Origin: Octopus vulgaris
Lineage: Eukaryota
Assembly (NCBI GenBank): GCA_951406725.2
Contig: OX597825.1
Location: forward strand, 23,808,001-23,872,000
Length of the DNA stretch: 64,000 bases
Direction: 5' to 3'
The notes beneath the pieces are model-generated. The model saw nothing but the letters and a program-made list of their open reading frames with translations, was not told the DNA's origin and ran no database searches. The translations under genes were made by a program, and so were the position numbers. This document shows positions 54,123 to 64,000 of the stretch, one piece after another (the first letter of the stretch is position 1; each line of letters starts with the position of its first letter).

Positions 54123-54800
54123 GTGAAGGCATATGGGTCGTGAGGTTGTGCGTTCGATTCCCAGACCGAGCCTGTCGTGTTCTTCAGCAAGACACTTTAT
54201 TTCACGTGGCTCCAGTTTACCCAGCTGTAGAAATGAGTTGCGACGTCACTGGTGCCAAGCTATATCCGCCATTACCTTACCTTTGGAGAACATCGGCGGC
54301 GTGAAGAGGGATGGCTGGTATGGATTGGGGACTGTTGATCTCTCTCTATATAAACGGCAGTTTGTCTGTGTGTGTTTCTGTGTGTCTGTTAGCTTGTACC
54401 CTCACCCTGACCACGGCTTTCAGCCGATTCTGATGAAACTTAACACACACATAGCCCAATGTCATAATTCAAAACTAACGCAGAGAAAATTTTGAAAAGT
54501 TCCCCCAGTTCTGAAAAAAATCGATAAATTCGACATGGGGTCGAGAATTAGAAACACAAACTACAGACTGTCTAGGGGACGCAACTCGACCGTTTTAACT
54601 CTCAAAAAAAAATTTACCATAATTTTTTTTCCATTTTTTTGGCTATAACTCTCTAAAAATGCTTTATAGTTATTTCCCTTACAAACCCGAGCAACGCCGG
54701 GCGATACTGCTAGTCTTCGATAAAAACAATCCTAGGTTGTGCGATCGCCGATTAGGCGACTTTCCGCCCAGACTTGCACCCCGGGGTGTAACCTCTCTGT
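54123..54800 (+). mobile_element. SINE family D, diverged, split by a Helitron
   Basis: Colinear with 24104-24440 on both sides of 54339-54713. Confidence 0.8.
54339..54713 (+). mobile_element. non-autonomous Helitron
   Basis: A|TC start, a CCCG..CGGG hairpin plus CTAG|T end, and no TSD. Confidence 0.9.
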
Positions 54801-54835
54801 TGTCCCTTGATCATTCATGACTTACGGAATCGAGA

Positions 54836-54889
<54 letters not shown>

Positions 54890-55117
54890 CTGTATTTGTA
54901 TCAATATATATAATATATAATAGAAATAATGGTTCATATACATTTATTCGTATTCGATATTATTGTCTTATATATTCATTCATACATACACGCGCGTGCG
55001 TGCACACACATACACACACATTTAGTTGAACAAGGAGTAGAAAATCTTTGGTACATTATTATACATTTGAAAAAAAATTGAAATTATCTTTCAGATGATT
55101 TTTCCATTTTAAGAATA

Positions 55118-55162
55118 AGATGTTTATAAATTATTAATTATATAGGTAATTTATAAACATCT
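55118..55162. repeat. perfect 16-bp inverted repeat with weaker outer arms
   Basis: agatgtttataaatta at 55118-55133 and taatttataaacatct at 55147-55162. Confidence 0.85.
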
Positions 55163-55211
55163 AAATGTTAAAAATGAAAAAGAATTATTAGAAAAGCTAT
55201 TTGTATTCATT

Positions 55212-55364
<153 letters not shown>

Positions 55365-55492
55365 TATATACATACTCACAAACATACACATACACACAGA
55401 CACACACACGCGCGGGCGTACACAGACATACATACATGCTCTCATACGTAAATGAAACAAACAGAAAATGGAAGTTGCGCGACTCTTTATTA

Positions 55493-55598
55493 ATCACTAC
55501 AATCGTTTCGACCAATTTTGTATCGATCCCGCGCGGGTGAGATACTATACATCGGGTTATGGTGTATCCTTCGGTGCAGATGTCTCTCGTCAGATGAC
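55493..55598 (-). ncRNA. type I hammerhead candidate with a ~75-nt expanded stem II
   Basis: Minus strand reads gtcat-CTGACGA-ga...tc-GAAA-C-gatt-GTA-gtgat. It lies within diverged inverted repeats spanning 55450-55740. Confidence 0.55.
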
Positions 55599-55888
55599 TT
55601 TCCAATGGTACTTTGCTCAGTGATCTCAGTTTCGCAACATAACTAGTTGCATAGTATTTAACCCGCGAGGGTTCGAAACGATCTTTGTGATTAATAGTCT
55701 CGTGAAATCAATTTTCTTTTTGTTTTTTCTCATTCGTTATATATTCACCGATCACAGTGGAATTCATGAGATTGATCTACTGACATTTATAACAATACTG
55801 TAGGTGACATGAGGTAGCCATATTCGGTGAACGTGCGTACAACCAGGTGTATATCCATGTATTAATTAACTACTTATATACATACATG

Positions 55889-56100
<212 letters not shown>

Positions 56101-56169
56101 GATATATGTATGTTATGGTTATCTCCCCTACTTTCCTTCTCGTGTTTGACCCTTCTGTCCGGCACTACT

Positions 56170-56364
56170 CACCATGATAGATCGTTAGCCACAACACACA
56201 TTTTTCTCTCTCCTTGTTTCTCTCCTTGTTTTTTCTGTGTCCCTTTCTGAAGAAGAGCGTAGGCTCGAATCGTAAAATACTTTTTCTATTCCTGAGCGTT
56301 ATATTAATACATCTGTTTGTTTTGTACATCACCTGTCTTCGTCTTTTGTTTTTTCGGGAACTCT

Positions 56365-56368
<4 letters not shown>
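56170..56368 (+). mobile_element. Penelope pLTR-like repeat with a minimal hammerhead (56244-56277)
   Basis: Reads ttt-CTGAAGA-A-GAGC-gtag-GCTC-GAAt-C-GTA-aaa. Paralog of 11115-11308. Confidence 0.72.
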
Positions 56369-56434
<66 letters not shown>

Positions 56435-56437
<3 letters not shown>

Positions 56438-56737
56438 TTGAAATAATGGAGTTGAACGACTAGTTAACAAATATCCTTTATTCTCGACATATGTTTCGAA
56501 GGCTGCATATTCCTAATTCCGAAGGAATAAGGAGTACATCATGCAGATTTCTCATCAGATTTCTCATCACAATTATATCCTTATAATTTTAAAATAAACA
56601 TACAAATTTCCGCACGAAGACACGTAGTCTATGCCCTAGGGACGTAGCTTCAACCGTGTTCTTTCTGATGTGAATTTGCTACCCAGGTATCGGTTATCTT
56701 TCGAATTATCCTTAATAAGATAATTCATTCAACTACT

Positions 56738-56740
<3 letters not shown>
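56435..56740 (-). mobile_element. family X (TA)n-embedded repeat with a hammerhead-like core (56481-56558)
   Basis: Minus strand reads CTGATGA-gaa..ctgcat..ttcc/ggaa..atgcag..ttc-GAAA-C-atat-GTC. Stem I is not evident because of a local 12-nt duplication. Confidence 0.6.
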
Positions 56741-56805
<65 letters not shown>

Positions 56806-57456
56806 CACACACATATATAAGCGGACTTCCGTGTACCAGTTCCATCACAAAACATTGACTGTAGTAGAAACACTTGTCCAAGATGTCTCACGGTAGGATT
56901 AAACCTGAAACCACATGGCTGCTAAGAGATACAACCATGCCCGGAGTACTTATTTGTCTTAAGTCTGTCCCATGAGATCTGAATTTAGGGGCAAAACCAG
57001 AACACCAATATCAACCTATACTTCGCTTGTATAATGAGATCCGCGGTCTGAAATATTCACTCAGTTATCGTTTAGATGATTCAGTGTCTGATCATAAAGA
57101 ATATCACTTTCGAAGTGGAAAAAGATTAAGCATTTAAAAAAAAATCTTCTGTATGATATCTTTAGGTTATTTATGAACCCCAATAAACACCCGGTACTCG
57201 CTGGCAGTGTAGGGTTATAAAGAATGTCGAACGATAATGGACATGAAACAATTTTCTTTTTTTTTATTTCTTTGATACTTTTGAAATGGGTTTTATTTCA
57301 AAAAGATTGATTATCGAGCCTCTTTATCTTTACAGTCGTATGAACAGCTTGAAAGCGAAAGTAAACACTTCTGTTTGTTTATTTGATTGTCACGAACGGA
57401 TGTATAGAATAACAATGGCGCTTTGATTATTCAGCGATATAATTTACATCAGTGAC

Positions 57457-57489
<33 letters not shown>

Positions 57490-57491
57490 GT

Positions 57492-57528
<37 letters not shown>

Positions 57529-58595
57529 CATATATATATACATACATGCATATATATATATATATATGAATGTATGTATGTATGTGTATGTGTATATATA
57601 TATATGTGTGTGTGTATGTATGTATATGTGTGTGTGTCTGTGTGTGTATCGTGGCAAATTAAGCGGAATAGCAATAATATTTACTAGATAAAGCTGTTAA
57701 GTTGTCTGTCAAATATGGCAGGCCACTAAAGTAAAACATTTAACGCTGCTGGATTTCATTTCCCTGATATACTAAATTCAAGCCCTGCTGTCGACAGCCT
57801 TCGATTTCAACCTTTTGCAATCAATCAAAATATATTGCGAACTTGATTTAGTCATCAATATGACTTATCCCCCACGCCTTGCTCCAGTGTGCCGTCGAAA
57901 GAAATAAATTATTAACGATTTCGGAACGAAACTTCGATGCCACGTTGAGTCCGGTTATTTCGTTGGGTCTTCTAAAGACAGCAGCTTCATCTCTTTGAAA
58001 TCACTCATTGCCACCTTAAAGCTAGAAGATCACATTTAATAATGTAGTTCTAGAATCACTATGTGAAAATAATCAGAGATAAAATTCAATCGTGGATTAT
58101 CGTTAATCTAGTGTTCTACTGCATCCGACAACAGCTTTGCTGGTATATATTAGTTCCAAATCTTTCAAATCGGTGCTCAACTGATACCTAGTGTATCTAC
58201 CCCGAAAAGATGAAATGAAACTTGACTTTGGTGGCATTTGAATTGAGAACGCAAAGATGGATGAAATCCGGCTAAGCACTTTGTGCGGAGTGCTAAACAG
58301 TCATTTGTACCAATGAAATAAACAGATCTATTTATTTTCACTTTAGTGTAAGTATGTCTGATTATAAGAAGTGATGATCACAACAATCAGAATGTCTGGG
58401 TCTAGTATGACAACTGATTTGGGGTTAAAAAATAACAGTAGTCATAAATGCCTGTATTGTGAAACTGGTTTGTTTGTTCTGCCACACAATTGATTAAAAA
58501 AATATTGTAGGCTAGCGCTGTATAGAAAAATGTACAGCCCACCGTCTGTTACACACGAAGGAATATGACAGTGTGTACCATGCTTTAGATAATCT

Positions 58596-58920
58596 TTCAT
58601 GTGGCGAACAGGCCCTCGTATGGCGTGTATAGCCTCATGTGATGAGTAGTCCTGCATGTAGCAAGCAGGTTTTCATGTAGCAAGCAGACCTCATGTGGTG
58701 ACCAGACCTTCATGTGGAAAGCAGACAAGGCCTCATGTGGCGTGTAGACTCTCGTGTGGCGAGCAGACCCTCATGTGGCGAGCAGGTCATGTGACGAACA
58801 TGACCTCATGTGGCGTGTAGGTCCTCATGTGACGAGCAGGCCTTCATGTGTTGAACAGACATTCATGTACCAAGAAGATCTGCATGTGACGAACAGGTCC
58901 TCGTGTAACAAACAGATCCT
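58596..58920. repeat. degenerate ~19-bp minisatellite, about 17 copies
   Basis: Consensus is approximately ctcatgtggcgagcaggcc. Confidence 0.9.
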
Positions 58921-59759
58921 TACTGCCTCCTAGACCTTGATCCAGCGGAGCATCGCAAATATGACTCGGATGAACAGAGTTTGATACTCATTACCATTAG
59001 ACTGGATCAATGTGAAATGCCTCACCTTGATCAAAAACTCAAAGTGCCACCTCGTCAAGGAATTGCCAATCGTGTTCCGAACTCTATAACCACCATGTCA
59101 CGTGCCTTCACAGGCTAGCACTCTCCTACATATCTGTGTCTATTTTGCTTCGCTTCGCAGTAAAAGTTATTTTACATTGGCATAGCTTGTCAATACTTTT
59201 AACCTTATGAAATAAACCTCTCTTCTATCAACCCTGATACTGTATGTCTAATCTATCATTGTCGCTTCTAAATTACCAGGGAACAGTATCGACCAGTTGC
59301 ACTCAGCGTCGCTCTGGTCGACTGTTTCTAAGACTTTATAGAATGTTGTGAATACAACATCGATTTCGCATCTACGCTTAATATAAAATGAATGTCCGTC
59401 AGGTTCGATGATGTGCTGTTCAATCACCTTAACTATATGTTCATGGAATATGCATGTAAGTTGCTGAGTATTCCAAAGACACTGTATTCTTATTACTTAG
59501 ACAGAATCATCGTGATACAGAATCATCGTGATACATCGTGGACCTTTACACGCATGTGCAATCGACATAATGAGTTACACAGTTTCCGTCTGCCGAAAGA
59601 ACCCAAGCAACGCTTTGTGTGTGTTAGACCGATTCTATGATAAAAAAAATCTAAGATAGTACACAGTAACATTGAACCCGAGACTTCGTGATTAGCAAAG
59701 CGAGTTTCTTCACAAATCGGCACCGTGCAAACTAGGTCTATATGTATCATAAATATACT

Positions 59760-59977
59760 TATTTCTTTATTGCCACAGAGGGGACAAACAAGGACAGAGA
59801 AAGGGATTAAGTCGATTACAACGACCCCAGTGCATAACTGGTACTTTATTTATCGACCCCGAATGGATGAAAAGCAAAGTCGACCTCGGTGGAATTTGAA
59901 CTAACAATGTAACGACAGACGAAATACCGCTAAGCATTTCGTCCGGCGCGCTAACGATTCTGCCAGCTCGTCGCCTT
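59760..59977 (-). mobile_element. SINE family B
   Basis: Colinear with 23631-23862. Confidence 0.9.
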
Positions 59978-60519
59978 TAGATGTAACATAAATACACTAT
60001 TAATCAATAACATCACAATAAAACTACTACAAATCTATATTTCTGCCGCTAATCAATGAAACTAAAATAAACCAAGGTGCTTAATATAACCAATAAACCC
60101 AAAATAAATCAATAAATTTAACATCAAATAACGTATTAAATCTAGATCAAACACAAATTGTATCGACGAAAGTGTTTCAAGCTCAGTCGACCTTTGAGCT
60201 TCTCACAATCTGACTTGTGTTTTTGACCAAAACATTTAACATTCTACATTTCACATCGCGGAGCTTAAGTGATATTTAAACGCGGACACAATCCACCGAT
60301 GATGTTGAATAGTCCAGCACAGCTGTCTCAGTGACCTAGACTGACAAGCAAAAAATGAGATAAGAAAGGATTCTCACTAGAAGTTCGATCAACTAGCAAG
60401 CAAGAGCAACTGAATCTCACTCGAATTGCACAGTTCCGTCCTTCGATGAAGGAATTCGCCTTAACATTCGAACAAACATAAACACGATAATGTTATTTAT
60501 CGTTTTACAAATTGCAAAT

Positions 60520-60667
60520 AGTCTTTTCTACTCTAGGCACAAGGCCCGAAATTTTTTTGGGGTGGGTGGCCAGTCGATTAGATCGACCCCATTATGCAAC
60601 TGGCATTTAATTTTTCGACCCCGAAAGGATGAAAGGCAAAGTCAACCTCGGCAGAATTTGAACTCAG
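60520..60667 (-). mobile_element. SINE family B, 5'-truncated, alternative tail subtype
   Basis: Central domain plus the gggccttgtgcctagagtagaaaag tail. Confidence 0.85.
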
Positions 60668-61277
60668 AAACAAATTGCTAATATTATCTGTCGGTTACAA
60701 CTCCAATCAGATGCGTCTTTGGTTTCCGGTTACAGGATTTCAACTTAAAATGCATAGAGCCAGAACAGATACCACAAGCCACTTTGTCAAAAGCTCAAAA
60801 ACGTTTGTCGACCAATAGGTCAGGAACGATACTTTCTGTTTCAGCCCCCAAAGAGTGAAAAGCAAATTTGATCTCAGCGAGTTTTGAACTCAGATAGCAG
60901 AGATTAGGAATACAGCTGCGATGAAATCTATCCAACATATCAATGATTGTGCCAATTCACCGCCATGAATGTAGTTAAGTGTTCATATTTACTGAACACG
61001 AAATGCTCGTTACATGAAAACTTGATTGTAGGCCTGTTTGGTCAGGAAGGATTTAAGGCTAAACTGCAAGAACAATAATAGCAAATGCAAAAATGCAAAA
61101 ATCGACGTTAACTGGGAGATGTCGAAGTCTTAAGTATCTTTCTTACATCTCATTTTTCATGTAAGTATAAGTTATTTGAAACCTAACAGTTCAACTGTGG
61201 AGGAAATATAAATTTCATCACATCGTAGTAAACGTCGCTCAAAAACAATTCCCTGTAAACTTGACGAAGTAGTAGCA

Positions 61278-61358
61278 TTCTTCTTCTTCTTCTTTCTTCT
61301 TCTTCTTCTTCTTCTTCTTCTTCTTCTTCTTCTTCTTCTTCTTCTTCTTCTTCTTCTT

Positions 61359-61389
<31 letters not shown>

Positions 61390-61583
61390 ATCTTCTTCTT
61401 AATCTTCTTCTTCTTCTTCTTCTTCTTCTTCTTCTTCTTCTTCTTCTTCTTCTTCTTCTTCTTCTTCTTCTTCTTCTTCTTCTTCTTCTTCTTCTTCTTC
61501 TTCTTCTTCTTCTTCTTCTTCTTCTTCTTCTTCTTCTTCTTCTTCTTCTTCTTCTTCTTCTTCTTCTTCTTCTTCTTCTTCTT
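61278..61583. repeat. (CTT)n microsatellite, about 300 bp
   Basis: Read directly from the sequence. Confidence 0.97.
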
Positions 61584-61745
61584 GTATTGAAAGTGTTTTG
61601 CGTGGGGTGTGTGCAGTGCCCAGTAGTGCAATTTTCTGTATGTTATATATATTTGTAAGTCCTGGTGTTTTTGTTATGTACTTGTCTGAATATTTTTTAT
61701 CATACCTAATGCGCCCACTACGATAGGAATTGTTTCTGTTTTTAG
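61583..61745 (-). mobile_element. R4/Dong-like RLE C-terminus running straight into (GAA)n
   Basis: Reads LKTETIPIVVGALGMIKKYSDKYITKTPGLTNIYNIQKIALLGTAHTPRKTLSIQ. Confidence 0.85.
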
Positions 61746-61913
61746 TTGTTCTCAGAAATGTTTATATCCTGTTCGTTCGAATCACTGACGATTATTGGTA
61801 CGTTATGATTTTTCAGACAACCTAACGTCACTAGGGTACATAGTGTGTGGTTGTGTTGAAAAAGAGGAATAGGAAAACAGACGAAGAGAATCTAAAGAGG
61901 TAAAAAAGAAAAA

Positions 61914-62121
61914 AGGTAGCTGGCAGAATCGTTAGCATGCTTGGCAAAATGCTTAACGGCATTTCGCCCGTCTTTCCGTTCTGAGTTCAAATTCCGCAAA
62001 AGTCAACTTTGCCTTTCAACCTTTCTGGGTCGATAAATTAAATACCGTTTAAGGACTGGGGCGGATGTAATCGACCTAACCCCTCCCCACGAATTTCAGG
62101 ACTTGTACCTATAGTAGAAAG
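61914..62121 (+). mobile_element. SINE family B, alternative tail subtype, ending in (ATT)n
   Basis: gctggcagaatcgttagc head, B-box and central domain present. Confidence 0.88.
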
Positions 62122-62122
62122 G

Positions 62123-62197
<75 letters not shown>

Positions 62198-62312
62198 GTT
62201 GTTGTTGTTATTATCATTATTATTATTATTAATAATAATAATGATGATAATAATAATAATAATAATAATATTAATAATAATAATAATAATAATAATAATG
62301 ACAATGATAATG

Positions 62313-62386
<74 letters not shown>

Positions 62387-62420
62387 AATAATAATAATAA
62401 TAATAATAATAATAGTAATA

Positions 62421-62475
<55 letters not shown>

Positions 62476-62512
62476 TAATAATAATAATGATAATAATAAT
62501 AATAGTAATAAT
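62122..62512. repeat. (ATT)n directly followed by its reverse complement (AAT/GAT)n
   Basis: Strand switch at about 62230. Confidence 0.95.
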
Positions 62513-62931
62513 GACATCATTTTTATAATATTTTCTAATCAATAAAGTATTATACAAATTTGAAATACACTTTCAAAACAGAAATTTAAATAAGCAAATA
62601 TATAATATAAACGATATGAGATATCACTATATGGATCACTTGAGTGCTAAAAATAGCCGTCAAGCCGTCTTACCACTAAACCTGTGTTCTCAACTTGTAA
62701 CACGCTACTAAAAAAATGGACGGCGTGTAATAAGTAAGAAAGTAACTACACACTGTGTGAATATGCGCATATCTATATGTATATGTTATATAATTATATA
62801 TGTATATGTTATATAAATATTCATGTATATCTTACATAATTATGCATACATACATATAAATATATTTATATATATATATATTTATATATAATCACACACA
62901 TATATATATTTTCAAATACATTTATGCGTGG

Positions 62932-62995
<64 letters not shown>

Positions 62996-63035
62996 TTATA
63001 CATATGTGTTAATATCTATAGACATGTATGTATAC

Positions 63036-63099
<64 letters not shown>

Positions 63100-64000
63100 A
63101 TATGTGTGTGTGTGTGTGTATGCGTATATATATATGTGAGTGTATATGTGTTTGCGTATATACACTCAGGTACACACGCAAAAATTATGTTCCCAGATAA
63201 GCTAAACAGCAGCACAAGAAGATAATCATAACATTTATAACACAACAACAACAAAAAACAAAACAATAAAACGAAAAAAAAGGACTAAACTTCGAAATGA
63301 TCTCTTCTGGCGTTTTGAACAAAAAAGCTGGAAGGAATCGTTTTTATATCCGAGGCAAAGCGTGAGTATGAATAAGAAGTAGTCAAAGAAGGGGAAGATG
63401 CCAGGATGCTGGATAATAAATCAATAGAATGCACTCGCTCACACACGCACACACACACAGACACACATACACACATATGTGTATGTTTCTATGTGTGTGT
63501 ATGACTATATGTGTATATATACGTATACATATTCGTATATTATGTATATATGTATATGTATGTTTATGTATATATATATGTATATACATGTGTCTGTATA
63601 TATAAATACAAATGTATATATATATATATACATACATACATGTACATATATATATATATATACATACATGTACATATATATATATATATATATATACATA
63701 CATACATGTAAATATATATATACGTGTATATATATATATACATGTGCACATATATAAAAGTATACATATATATGTATATATGTATGTATTATGTATATAT
63801 ATTTGTATATAGTGTATATATAACTTATATCTATATACATATATGTATAGAATAAAGAGAGAGAGATGCATATATAGAATATATACGCCCAAACATACAA
63901 TAACACATTGGTAATCGGATATTCAATGGTGACAGATGTTTATTGCTTACGTATAAGACGAAGAGATATTTGAGCATACGTTCATACAAGTAGAGATAAA

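Overview
AT-rich, microsatellite-saturated, non-coding metazoan DNA. The SINE families and repeat load look like an octopus genome; this is an inference from recalled repeat families, not a database result. I found no convincing host protein-coding exon, and almost all ORFs in the supplied track are translations of simple repeats. The window holds four tRNA-headed SINE families (called A-D here, many with clear TSDs) and decayed non-LTR retroelements (HERO-like and R4/Dong-like RLE/RT pieces, RTE 3' ends). It also holds Penelope-like GIY-YIG remnants and two non-autonomous Helitrons nested in SINEs. The most interesting signal is about ten minimal type I hammerhead ribozyme-like motifs (CUGANGA...GAAA...GUH with short, often palindromic stem III) in at least six unrelated small repeat families, mostly embedded in (TA)n. 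They concentrate at 52.3-56.8 kb, which includes a 3.4 x 397-bp tandem array with one hammerhead per unit (retrozyme-like) and a terminally redundant 349-bp unit whose hammerhead has a compensatory U3-A8 core. All folds were read by eye, and no ribozyme activity has been shown.
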